Shown here piece by piece: positions 35,704 to 44,769 of a DNA stretch of 64,000 bases. The position numbers and the translations under genes were made by a program. This DNA comes from an uncultured Lachnospiraceae bacterium (GTDB lineage: Bacteria; Bacillota; Clostridia; Lachnospirales; Lachnospiraceae). The notes beneath the pieces were generated by a model. That model made no database searches. It was not told where the DNA came from and saw only the letters and a program-made list of their open reading frames with translations. The stretch lies in assembly GCA_946549155.1 (NCBI GenBank), contig CAMNQN010000001.1:531-64530 (forward strand). The letters run 5' to 3'. Position 1 is the stretch's first letter, and each line of letters starts with the position of its first letter.

Positions 35704-37521
35704 ATGGGAGGGTATCATATGTTGAGCACTGCGCAGTTTGGCTGGAATGAGTCTGATACAGAGGGCGACAGGAAGAAAATAAGAAAGAAATGGTCAGTGG
35801 TATGGGTGCTGCTGCTATTCGCATCGTTTCTTTTGGCAATGCCGGTCTATGCTTATAATTTTTTTACGGACTATCCGTTTTACCAGGCCAGGCCGGACAC
35901 GGAAGATCCACGTATTTTGATGGTGGGAAACAGTCTCACTTATACGAATGATATTCCTGCGCTGTTAAGATACATGTGCAGGGACACGGGCATCAATGCT
36001 GCGGTGGACAGCGTTACACAGGGAGGGCATTCCCTCACTCAGTACGCTTATCCGACGACGGCATGGGAAGAGCAGCTGCATGAGAAGATAATGACAAAGC
36101 TGACCACGCAGAAATGGGATTACGTGATTCTCCAGGGGAGAAGCGATGAGACAATCGTGAATGAGGAGAGTATGCGCAGAGCAGTGGCGTATTTTTATCC
36201 GTATATAAAAAATGCAGGCGCTCAGATGGTGCTTTATCTGACCTGGGCGCCGGATTATGGAACGGGCGGATACGACATAGATGCCAGACAGGGGGAGATT
36301 GCCAAGGTATATTACAGTATCGCAAGGCAATATAACTGCGCTTTGGCGCCTTCCGGGATCGCGTTTGCCAGGGAGCGCAGGCTTTATCCGGATTATGATC
36401 TGTATTACAGCAGCAGCGACCGGCTCCATCCTAATCTGTCCGGCAGCTATTTATCCGCGTGCTGCATTTATGCTACCCTGTTTGGAAAAAGTCCGGATCA
36501 TATTTCTTATACGGCGGGACTTGCCTCGGAAAAGGCGGGGGCTTTGCGGGGGATTGCCTCAGATGTCACGTTACGACGCAGCAGAGAGGAAGTCCAGGTG
36601 ACGACGGCAAAAGCTGTCACCGGGGGCTATCAGCTGAAACCCGGCGGGAAAGTAAAGCTGGGGATTTCCGCATCCGCGGGGGTGCGTATGATCCGGACAT
36701 CCAGCAGCGATGAAGGCGTGGCTACGGTAAGCAGTACGGGAGTTGTCACAGCCAGGGCAGCCGGTACGGCCAGTATCACGGCGTTGATGAGCAATAATAA
36801 GAGTTTGACCTGGAAAATCGTGGTGACAGGTAACAGCAAGGTGACGCTGGGAGCGGGGGATACTGAAAAAATCGATTTTTCATCCAATGGCTTCCGGTGG
36901 ACCACTTCCAATAAAAAGATCGCCGTGATAAAGAATGGGACAATTACGGCGAAGGCGAAGGGAACAGCCACACTGACCGGAAAGCACAGCAGTGGTTTCC
37001 AGGTGAAGCTGAAGGTTACGGTAAAGGCGGCGCCAGAAAAGATTACGGTGAAAAATGCGCCCAAAACTCTTGCGGCCGGGAGGACTTTCCAGCTAAAGCT
37101 GAATGTTTCCAAGGTGCGGGTGACATACAAATCCTCTGCTCCGGGCGTTGTTTCTGTGTCAAAGCAAGGCGTGCTGACGGCGAAAGGTCCGGGCACAGCG
37201 AAAATTACGGTAAAAAGCTATAATGGAAAGAAAACCTCCTTCCGGGTGACGGTGACGGTGCTGGCAAAGAAGCTTACGGTTACCAATGTCAAGAGCGGTA
37301 CGACTATGAGAGTAGGACAGACCCGGAAATTGAAGGTGAGCTTCAGCCCGCAAAATGTATCCAGCCGGGCGGTCACCTATAAATCCAGCAATACAAGGGT
37401 ATTGAAGGTAAGTAAAAAGGGAACGATTACGGCGCTGCATTCAGGGAGGGCTAAGATTACGGTGACGGCGGCGGATGGGTCGAAGAAGAAGGCTGCGGTT
37501 GAAATTAGGGTGAGGAAGTAG
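35704..37521 (+). CDS. Surface SGNH-fold (DUF4886-like) esterase/acyltransferase with four Big_2-type Ig repeats
   Basis: TM/signal anchor. ILMVGNSLTY, QGGHSL, SSDRLHPNLSGSYL. C-terminal repeats of the type VATVSSTGVVTARAAGTASITA, GTITAKAKGTATLTG, GVLTAKGPGTAKITV, GTITALHSGRAKITV. Confidence 0.8.
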   Translation: MGGYHMLSTAQFGWNESDTEGDRKKIRKKWSVVWVLLLFASFLLAMPVYAYNFFTDYPFYQARPDTEDPRILMVGNSLTYTNDIPALLRYMCRDTGINAAVDSVTQGGHSLTQYAYPTTAWEEQLHEKIMTKLTTQKWDYVILQGRSDETIVNEESMRRAVAYFYPYIKNAGAQMVLYLTWAPDYGTGGYDIDARQGEIAKVYYSIARQYNCALAPSGIAFARERRLYPDYDLYYSSSDRLHPNLSGSYLSACCIYATLFGKSPDHISYTAGLASEKAGALRGIASDVTLRRSREEVQVTTAKAVTGGYQLKPGGKVKLGISASAGVRMIRTSSSDEGVATVSSTGVVTARAAGTASITALMSNNKSLTWKIVVTGNSKVTLGAGDTEKIDFSSNGFRWTTSNKKIAVIKNGTITAKAKGTATLTGKHSSGFQVKLKVTVKAAPEKITVKNAPKTLAAGRTFQLKLNVSKVRVTYKSSAPGVVSVSKQGVLTAKGPGTAKITVKSYNGKKTSFRVTVTVLAKKLTVTNVKSGTTMRVGQTRKLKVSFSPQNVSSRAVTYKSSNTRVLKVSKKGTITALHSGRAKITVTAADGSKKKAAVEIRVRK

Positions 37522-37562
37522 AAGCCCCGGGAATGCCAAGGAATAGGAGGGAGGTATTGGGC

Positions 37563-38528
37563 TTGAATCCTATTTTATATATTATTATACCATGCTATAA
37601 TGAAGAGAAAGTTCTTCCCATAACCTGTAAGATGTTCCTAAAAAAGCTGTATGCATTGATTGATACTGGAAAAATCAGTGATAAGAGCCGTATTCTGTTT
37701 GTAAACGACGGCTCAAAGGACAGTACCTGGAAAATTATCTGTGGATTGGCGCGGGAGGATGTGCATTACATAGGCATCAGTCAGAGCAGGAATAGAGGGC
37801 ATCAGAATGCTGTGCTTGCCGGGCTGATGGAAGCCAGGGACAGGTGCGATATTACGATCTCCATTGACTGTGATGGGCAGGATGATATTAATGCCATGGA
37901 TGCTATGATTGAAGAATATCTGGGTGGATGTGAGATTGTATATGGGGTTCGCAGCAGACGCGACACAGATACTTTTTTTAAACGGACCACTGCGGAGGGA
38001 TTTTATAAGATCCTGAATTGGATGGGGGCAGAAGTGGTTTTTAATCATGCGGATTATCGTCTTGTGTCAAATCGGGTACTGCGGGAATTTGCTAATTTCG
38101 AAGAGGTAAATATTTTTCTGAGAGGAATGTTTCCATTAGTTGGATTTAAGAGTACAAGCGTCTACTATGAAAGGACAGAGCGGATTGCGGGGGAAAGTCA
38201 TTATCCGCTGAAAAAAATGTTGACATTGGCATTTGACGGTATCACAAGTTTGTCGGTGAAACCGATTCGTATGATAGCGTCTTTAGGGTGTATTGTGGCA
38301 TTGCTGAGCTTTATAGGGATTATTTGGGCTGTAGTGGGTAATTTTACCGGTCATACTATATCGGGATGGGCCAGTACGGTTTGTATCATCTGCTTTATGG
38401 GAGGCATTCAGATGCTGTGTCTTGGCGTAATAGGGGAATATATTGGGAAGATCTACATGGAAACGAAACACAGGCCCAGGTATATTATCAGTGAGAGAAC
38501 GGAGGAGAGGGAATGCCTCAATCAATGA
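37563..38528 (+). CDS. GtrB-like polyprenyl-phosphate glycosyltransferase, copy 2
   Basis: By alignment to copy 1, the start is TTG 37563, 8 nt after AGGAGGGAGG; the track ORF begins at 37533. Same motifs as copy 1. Confidence 0.85.
   Translation: MNPILYIIIPCYNEEKVLPITCKMFLKKLYALIDTGKISDKSRILFVNDGSKDSTWKIICGLAREDVHYIGISQSRNRGHQNAVLAGLMEARDRCDITISIDCDGQDDINAMDAMIEEYLGGCEIVYGVRSRRDTDTFFKRTTAEGFYKILNWMGAEVVFNHADYRLVSNRVLREFANFEEVNIFLRGMFPLVGFKSTSVYYERTERIAGESHYPLKKMLTLAFDGITSLSVKPIRMIASLGCIVALLSFIGIIWAVVGNFTGHTISGWASTVCIICFMGGIQMLCLGVIGEYIGKIYMETKHRPRYIISERTEERECLNQ
37569..38503 (+). repeat. 935-bp direct repeat, copy 2 (gtrB paralog body)
   Basis: See 27288..28222. By-eye identity is roughly 85-90%, with exact runs up to 50 nt. 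Confidence 0.85.
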
Positions 38529-40069
38529 AGGAATATTATAATAAACATAAGGTGATGTTGTTTGTGACAATTATGTTAACCATGATATGTTACGGGCATC
38601 ATGCAATCTCAGCCAATATCGGAATTGATACAGAACAGTATATTATTGGATTATATGGAAAAGATTGGGTGGTTCAAAGTCTGGGGAGATTCGGATATTA
38701 TTATTCAATTATGGTGTTGAATGGAGGCCATTACAATCCGTATATGAATGGGCTGATGTTTTTGATTATCTTTTGCGGCGCGGCGCTTCTCTGGCCGTAT
38801 GTTTTTTATAAAATTAGCGGAAAAGAGGAAAGATACAGCTATTTTTTATTCCCGGTTATATTTTTGACCAATCCCATTTGGGCTGCGCAGTTTTATTTTA
38901 CTTTGCAGCAGGGGGCGGTTGCGCTTGGTGTGCTTTTGCAGGTCGTTTCATTTTTGCTTTTGTTTGATGTATTGTTGAATAAAAAGCCAGAAAGAAAATT
39001 CAGAAATTGGATTCAAATGGTGATTTCCGTACTCCTAGCCTTTTATGCAATAGGAACGTATCAGGCCTTTCCGGGACTTCATCTGGTGGAGGCGGCCGGA
39101 TGTCTGTTAGTTCTGTTTGATCGAATGCTGGATGAGAATCCTTCTTTGGAGATGCATAAGCTATTCTGGAAGAGGACGATAGCGGTTGTTCTGCACTTTT
39201 TTGTCAGTTATTTCCTGTATATGCTGGTTTGTAAAGTAATGAAGTGGGGGACTTCGAACTATCTGCAGATACAATGGGGGCGAAAGCCGACTGGGGCAAT
39301 CTTAAAGGGATTATGGAACGATTTAAAAAACATTCTTCTTGGAAGAGATGTATATGCGGGATGGATATTGCTGATATGTGTATTTCTTCTGGCGTTACTG
39401 GTGCTGCAGATGCTTCGAAGGCCAGTGAATGTCTGGCTGAAAGCAGATTATATTCTTCTTGCGGTGGGAAACATAATTGCTGTTATTGCGCTGAATATTG
39501 CTATAGGCGGTGTGCCAGCAGACCGGGCAAGACTTCCGGTTATTTTTTCCGCAGCTTTTTTGGGGATGTATACCTTTAGCCGATGTGGAGTTCTGATAAA
39601 GGGGTATTTTCGCTCCTTGGTGCGTGTGACGGCGGAAATTGCGATTGTACTGTCGCTCTTTTGCCAGTCACATAAACTGCAGACGCTGTTTTATACTGAC
39701 GATATCTGTAATATGCAGGAATATCAGGTGGGCGCTGATATTGTAAGAAATATTGAGATTGCTGGTGGAGACGATTGCGCTACTGTAGTGGTTGTGGGAA
39801 AATGGGATGCACCGTTGAATTACTCCTGTTTGAAACAGGCTCCTATCGGTGCTTCAAGCTTTAATTGGGATTATGTAGAAGATCAGCCTACAAGTGGAAC
39901 GCGCAGGACGGTTTTATATTTGTGTGCAGCTTTTGGAAAAAGCTATAATGGGGATCCTGATGACAACCAGAGAAATATGGCGGCTAGTATGGCGGAAGAG
40001 ATTCCTTGTTATCCACAGGATGGGTATGTTGTAAATAAAGACGGATTAATTATTGTAAGACTTTCATAG
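38525..40069 (+). CDS. Polytopic GtrC/GtrII-like glycosyltransferase candidate
   Basis: ATGA overlap with the gtrB copy 2 stop. First-loop block ANIGIDTEQYI...GRFGYYYS resembles the DD..GR motif of the next gene. More than 10 hydrophobic segments. Confidence 0.65.
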   Translation: MKEYYNKHKVMLFVTIMLTMICYGHHAISANIGIDTEQYIIGLYGKDWVVQSLGRFGYYYSIMVLNGGHYNPYMNGLMFLIIFCGAALLWPYVFYKISGKEERYSYFLFPVIFLTNPIWAAQFYFTLQQGAVALGVLLQVVSFLLLFDVLLNKKPERKFRNWIQMVISVLLAFYAIGTYQAFPGLHLVEAAGCLLVLFDRMLDENPSLEMHKLFWKRTIAVVLHFFVSYFLYMLVCKVMKWGTSNYLQIQWGRKPTGAILKGLWNDLKNILLGRDVYAGWILLICVFLLALLVLQMLRRPVNVWLKADYILLAVGNIIAVIALNIAIGGVPADRARLPVIFSAAFLGMYTFSRCGVLIKGYFRSLVRVTAEIAIVLSLFCQSHKLQTLFYTDDICNMQEYQVGADIVRNIEIAGGDDCATVVVVGKWDAPLNYSCLKQAPIGASSFNWDYVEDQPTSGTRRTVLYLCAAFGKSYNGDPDDNQRNMAASMAEEIPCYPQDGYVVNKDGLIIVRLS

Positions 40070-40150
40070 AGGAATACAGGTTAGAGATTAAAAGAGTATG
40101 GGCTAAGTGTAAAAGATTTCAATTTCATAGATGAGAATAGCTGGCAAAGG

Positions 40151-40179
40151 TTGCAAATTTCTTTTTCCTGCGATATTGT
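40151..40179 (+). promoter_or_regulatory. Candidate promoter
   Basis: TTGCAA, 17-nt spacer, TATTGT, upstream of the second GtrC-like gene. Confidence 0.3.
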
Positions 40180-40263
40180 TGATTGATAGCAATTCAGCAG
40201 GTGAAAAGTCTAATATATGAATCGGTTGAGAAACTGGGCGAAGCGTTAAGAAGGGGCATTTTG

Positions 40264-41721
40264 ATGAAAGAAAAAATTAGAAGTGAAGTAAGAAGAATGA
40301 CATTTATGAAAAAGACAATCTTGATTTTAACAGGTATTTATGTATTGGGCATAAGTTCCATTTTACGAGCAAATTTTTACTATATTGATGATATCGGGAG
40401 AGCGACTCGGGGATATAAGCAGTGGGATCATTTCGGCAGATACCTATCTTATTATTTATCCAGTTTTATCCATGGAGATAGTTACCTGACAGATGTTTCG
40501 CCGTTACCTCAACTTATTGCGGCGGTACTTATGGCAATAGCTGGAACCATTACACTTTATGTCATTTCCGGAAAAAAGAGATATACTTTTTTGGAATATG
40601 TAGCTGTTATCTCCATGGGACTGTCACCTTATTTTTTAGAATGTTTTTCTTATAAATATGATTCAACTTATATGGCATTGTCTGTTTTGGCCGGTGTTTT
40701 TCCGTTATTATTTTGTAATGCAGGATACATTGCTTATTCAATCATATCGGTATTGAGTATTTTGGCGGTATGTATGACTTATCAGGCTTCTTCTGGTATT
40801 TTTCCAATGTTGGTGCTTTTGCTTAGCTTTAAACGTTGGAATAAAAGAGAGGATAAAAAAGAGATTTTTAAATTTATTGTAATCTCAGCGGTAACATATA
40901 TTATAGGGCTAATTGTTTTTCTATTAATATTTGTGCAGCCGGGAGATACCTATGTCTCCACTTCTCTTTCTCCATTAAATCAAATTTTTTTATTAACAGT
41001 GAAACATTTAAAAGAATATATTTCTTTGATAATTAGTGATTTTAAAATGGAGTGGTTAATTTTATATTTGCTCATGTGCATAGTTTTTGTCGGTGTTGCA
41101 GTGAAGACTTCCAGTCAAAAAAAGTACTTTGCTTGTCTGGTTGCTCCCTTATTGCTGATCCTGATGACGCTGGTATCTTTTGGGGTTTATCCAGTTCTTT
41201 CAAAACCTTTATTTGCACCCCGGGCGATGTATGGTTTTGGAATTTTGATTGCATTTATCGGAGTTTTTATCGCGTCAACGGAAACGATGCGGTCTTGCAA
41301 GCTGGTAGGTTTCCTATTAAATTGGGCGTTTTTTGTGTTTGCATTTACTTATGGAAATGCGCTTGATGCGCAGAGTGCATATACGGATTTAAGAATATCT
41401 GCGGTAATAGAAGATTTGAATGATTTAGAGAGTTTCTCTACAGATGAGAAAATAACAGTTCAGATTTCGGGATCCATTGGATTGGCACCCATATTGAAAA
41501 ATATGCCACAGGATTATCAGATGTTGAAACGTTTGGTTCCGGTAATGTTTCAAGAAAAGTGGTACTGGGGATTATACGGATTTTATAATTGTTATGGGTT
41601 AAAAAATGTTAAAAAAGATACTTCTATTGATTTAGTTGAACAAGAATTGCCAATATTAAAGGATACCATGTACCATAGAATCAGAGGGAGGGGAAATTAT
41701 ATTCTGGTTGAGCTAAAATAG
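40264..41721 (+). CDS. Glucosyltransferase GtrII-family (GtrC-like) polytopic membrane protein
   Basis: ANFYYIDDIGRATRGYKQWDHFGRYLS block typical of the Glucos_trans_II family. Many TM segments. Start uncertain (TTG 40183, ATG 40264, 40297 or 40306). Confidence 0.7.
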   Translation: MKEKIRSEVRRMTFMKKTILILTGIYVLGISSILRANFYYIDDIGRATRGYKQWDHFGRYLSYYLSSFIHGDSYLTDVSPLPQLIAAVLMAIAGTITLYVISGKKRYTFLEYVAVISMGLSPYFLECFSYKYDSTYMALSVLAGVFPLLFCNAGYIAYSIISVLSILAVCMTYQASSGIFPMLVLLLSFKRWNKREDKKEIFKFIVISAVTYIIGLIVFLLIFVQPGDTYVSTSLSPLNQIFLLTVKHLKEYISLIISDFKMEWLILYLLMCIVFVGVAVKTSSQKKYFACLVAPLLLILMTLVSFGVYPVLSKPLFAPRAMYGFGILIAFIGVFIASTETMRSCKLVGFLLNWAFFVFAFTYGNALDAQSAYTDLRISAVIEDLNDLESFSTDEKITVQISGSIGLAPILKNMPQDYQMLKRLVPVMFQEKWYWGLYGFYNCYGLKNVKKDTSIDLVEQELPILKDTMYHRIRGRGNYILVELK

Positions 41722-41736
41722 TTCTTCCTGCCTACA

Positions 41737-41919
41737 ATGTCCAGAAAACATTTTAAGCGGAATTTGCTTGGATATGTGTATACTACTGTCGGTAAGGAAG
41801 AAATGGAGGTGCTGTGCAGTACCCCGGAAGTGTTAGAGATGTCCTGTTATCCGGATGAGAATTCAATAAAAGGGATTGATGGTAAAGTGGTAGTAAGGTT
41901 AAATGATGGGCTTGAATGA
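41737..41919 (+). pseudogene. Possible remnant of the 3' end of a third GtrC-like gene
   Basis: The 60-aa ORF ends ...EMSCYPDENSIKGIDGKVVVRLNDGLE. Compare the C-terminus of 38525..40069: ...EEIPCYPQDGYVVNKDGLIIVRLS. Confidence 0.35.
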
Positions 41920-42166
41920 TATATTCAGGTATAGAATGCTTGAGGAATACAGTGAATCTTTTGGCTTGTAACAAGGAGGATAGCAATATGAAGCTGGAAG
42001 AAACGGAAAGGGATACAGTACTAGATTTTTTGAGAATTATTGCGCAATTAATTACTGGAGTTCCTTGTATAATTCAAAGCGCAGAGGAGTTCGATGAATA
42101 AAACGTTATTTGAAGCGGTAGGTTCTGCGAAATATGATAGAATTTGTTCGGGGAAGGGGAGAAAGT

Positions 42167-43627
42167 ATGGATTCAAAAGCTATCAAAACAATATTGGATA
42201 TAGGGGAAACTATTGCGGTAGAATTTAAACGTTGTGGAAATGGTATTGATAGTGACGTTTACGAAACGGTATGTTCCTTTTTAAACCGTTTTGGCGGAGA
42301 CATATTTTTAGGCGTACTGGATGATGGAACAGTTTCTGGTGTGCCTGAAAATGCTGCATCTGATATGGTAAAAAATTTCATAAGCTGTGTCAGTAATCCG
42401 TTATTGTTTACGCCGACAGTCTATTTATCGCCTCAAGTTATACAGTATGAAGGGAAAACGGTTATTCATATACATGTTTTACCAAGCGCGGAGGTGCACA
42501 GTTATAAAAAGACGGTTTATGATCGGGTAGATGATGCAGATGTAAAGGTAACAGCAACTTCTCAAATTGCGCAAATGTATATTCGTAAACAGGAAATTTT
42601 TACGGAGCGAAAAGTTTATCCTTATGTAAAGAAAGAAGATCTCCGGCTCGACTTATTTCCTAAACTTCGTGTTATGGCAGAAAATCAGAGTAGGGGGCGG
42701 GGGCATTTATGGAACAGTATGACAGATGATGAATTAATGAAAAGTACAAGGCTATTTACAATGGATCGCGTGACGGGTGAGCAGGGTTTTAATTTGGCGG
42801 CAGTTATGCTTTTGGGAAGAGATGATGTGATTTTGGATATTGTTCCGGCCTATGTGACAGATGCGTTGCTTCGCCGTGTTAATATAGACCGTTATGATGA
42901 TAGAGAAATGGTGCAGACAAATTTGATAGAAAGCTATGAGATTTTAATGGAATTTGGACGTAAGCATTTGCCGGATAAATTTTTCCTGGAAGGTGATCAG
43001 AGGAAGAGCCTGAGGGATATCATTACTCGGGAAATGATCGCAAATACATTAATTCATCGTGAATATACAAGCTCTTATCATGCAAAATTCGTGATCGGGG
43101 AAGAACGAATGTATGTGGAGAACGCAAATCGAGCTTCTCAGAATGCAGTTATTACGCCAAATAACGTGGAGCCATCACCGAAAAATCCAATTATTGCAGC
43201 TTTTTTTAGAAACATTGGATACGCAGATCAACTAGGTTCAGGTGTACGAAATTTATTTAAATATAGTAAATTTTATTCAGGCGGAGGCCCTGAGTTTATT
43301 GAAGGGGACATATTCAGAATTATTGTACCGCTGAAGGAAGAAAATAGGGAGGAAATAACCACCCAAACGTCCACCCAGTCCACCCAAACGTCCACCCAGT
43401 CCACCCAATCAAGCGGGATGGACTTGGAACAGGCAATTATTATGCTTATAGAGCGGGAGCCATTTCTTTCTCAAAAACAAATGGCTGAAAAATTGTGTTT
43501 AAATGTAAATACACTGAAGTATTATATGAAGAAAATGCGGGAAAAAGGGATGATTGAGAGAGTTGGTACCAGCCGAAAAGGAAAATGGATGGTGTCTGAA
43601 CATGGCAGTTCCTGCGGCAAATTTTAG
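42167..43627 (+). CDS. AlbA_2 (Schlafen-like) + HATPase_c_4-like + C-terminal wHTH protein
   Basis: GETIAVEFKRCG....FLNRFGGDIFLGVLDDGTVSGV (AlbA_2 pattern). ANTLIHREYTS. Thr/Gln/Ser repeat linker. C-terminal LSQKQMAEKLCLNVNTLKYYMKKMREKGMIERVG (wHTH). ATG 42167 follows GGGGAGAAAG. Confidence 0.7.
   Translation: MDSKAIKTILDIGETIAVEFKRCGNGIDSDVYETVCSFLNRFGGDIFLGVLDDGTVSGVPENAASDMVKNFISCVSNPLLFTPTVYLSPQVIQYEGKTVIHIHVLPSAEVHSYKKTVYDRVDDADVKVTATSQIAQMYIRKQEIFTERKVYPYVKKEDLRLDLFPKLRVMAENQSRGRGHLWNSMTDDELMKSTRLFTMDRVTGEQGFNLAAVMLLGRDDVILDIVPAYVTDALLRRVNIDRYDDREMVQTNLIESYEILMEFGRKHLPDKFFLEGDQRKSLRDIITREMIANTLIHREYTSSYHAKFVIGEERMYVENANRASQNAVITPNNVEPSPKNPIIAAFFRNIGYADQLGSGVRNLFKYSKFYSGGGPEFIEGDIFRIIVPLKEENREEITTQTSTQSTQTSTQSTQSSGMDLEQAIIMLIEREPFLSQKQMAEKLCLNVNTLKYYMKKMREKGMIERVGTSRKGKWMVSEHGSSCGKF
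43358..43410 (+). repeat. In-frame 21-nt tandem repeat (2.5 units) encoding (TQTSTQS)n
   Basis: ccacccaaacgtccacccagt occurs twice, then ccacccaatca, inside the AlbA_2 gene linker. Confidence 0.9.
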
Positions 43628-43712
43628 AATGCAGGTGATTGCAATTAATGAAGGTTTGAAGAAGATAGAGAGGAAGGATACGATTTTGCTGCAGGATAAT
43701 AGGAATAAAATA

Positions 43713-44618
43713 ATGTCGGTGGTTCTTCCCGCCTACAATGAGGAGGCCATGCTGCTAAAAACAGCGGAGACATTAAAAAAAATATTACAAAAGGAAAAGA
43801 TAGAGTATGAACTGGTCTTTGTGGACGATGGTTCCAAAGACAGTACCTGGAAACGCATCGAGGAGGCGGCCGGAGCGGATTGCCAGGTGCGCGGCGTACA
43901 TTTTTCCAGAAATTTCGGAAAGGAGGCGGCCATCTTTGCGGGGCTGGCATCCGCTTCCGGGGATTGTGTGGCGGTGATGGACTGTGACCTGCAGCATCCC
44001 CCGGCGGCATTGGTGGAAATGTACCGGCTCTGGGAAGAAGGGTACGAGGTGGTGGAAGGCGTGAAGAAAAGCCGCGGGAAGGAAAGTGCGCTGCACCGGG
44101 CCAGTGCGGGGATGTTTTATAAGCTGATGTCGAAGGCCACCAGCATTGATATGTCCCGGGCTTCGGACTTTAAGCTGTTGGACCGCAGGGCGGTGGAGGT
44201 TCTGCTGGAGATGCCGGAACGGAACGCGTTTTTCAGGGCCATGTCCTCCTGGATTGGTTTTCAATCCACCACGGTGGAGTTTGATGTGCAGGAGCGGGAG
44301 GCAGGCGAGTCGAAATGGTCTACGAAATCTTTGATTCAGTACGCGATTACGAATATTGTGGGGTACTCTGCCGCACCGATGCAGGTTGTGACGGGAGCGG
44401 GGGTGGTGGTCTTTTTGCTGGGAATTGTTTTGGGTATCCAGACGTTGATACGGTATTTCAGCGGACATGCTGTGGAAGGGTTTACCACGGTTATTTTGCT
44501 GCTGTTGCTGTTGGGGAGCATTATTATGATCAGCCTGGGGATTATTGGATATTATATTTCCCGGATTTATGAGGAAGTGAAGGGACGGCCCAGGTATATT
44601 ATTTCAAAAAGGATTTAG
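43713..44618 (+). CDS. GtrB-like polyprenyl-phosphate glycosyltransferase, copy 3 (divergent)
   Basis: MSVVLPAYNEE, VDDGSKDST, FSRNFGKEAA, DCDLQHPP, two C-terminal TM helices, RPRYIISK. ATG 43713 chosen because the track start 43554 overlaps the upstream gene. Confidence 0.85.
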   Translation: MSVVLPAYNEEAMLLKTAETLKKILQKEKIEYELVFVDDGSKDSTWKRIEEAAGADCQVRGVHFSRNFGKEAAIFAGLASASGDCVAVMDCDLQHPPAALVEMYRLWEEGYEVVEGVKKSRGKESALHRASAGMFYKLMSKATSIDMSRASDFKLLDRRAVEVLLEMPERNAFFRAMSSWIGFQSTTVEFDVQEREAGESKWSTKSLIQYAITNIVGYSAAPMQVVTGAGVVVFLLGIVLGIQTLIRYFSGHAVEGFTTVILLLLLLGSIIMISLGIIGYYISRIYEEVKGRPRYIISKRI

Positions 44619-44668
44619 TTCGATTAATATAATTAGCAATAAGTTGCAGATAATAACAAAAAGAAATC

Positions 44669-44697
44669 TTGCAACATCCCGGCGATTGTTGTAAAAT
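44669..44697 (+). promoter_or_regulatory. Candidate sigma-70-type promoter of the methyltransferase/nuclease cassette
   Basis: TTGCAA (44669-44674), 17-nt spacer, TAAAAT (44692-44697). GGAGG RBS lies before ATG 44770. Confidence 0.5.
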
Positions 44698-44769
44698 AGT
44701 AAGTGTATAGGCGTAAATGAAGGGGTCTTTGGTTTGGATAGCTAAGCAGAGAAAAATGGAGGTAGATGG

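Noticed and set aside
41916-42101. 61-aa ORF (or 37-aa from ATG 41988) upstream of the AlbA_2 gene
   Set aside because: No family was recognised, the RBS is weak, and it lies in a region that looks like decayed remnants. It is kept as unannotated rather than called.
43358-43410. Tandem repeat considered as a CRISPR or minisatellite
   Set aside because: Only 2.5 units of 21 nt are present, with no spacers. The repeat is in frame inside a coding region and encodes a Thr/Gln/Ser linker.
43785-44468. 227-aa minus-strand ORF
   Set aside because: It is antisense to gtrB copy 3. The product is His/Arg/Pro-rich and low-complexity.
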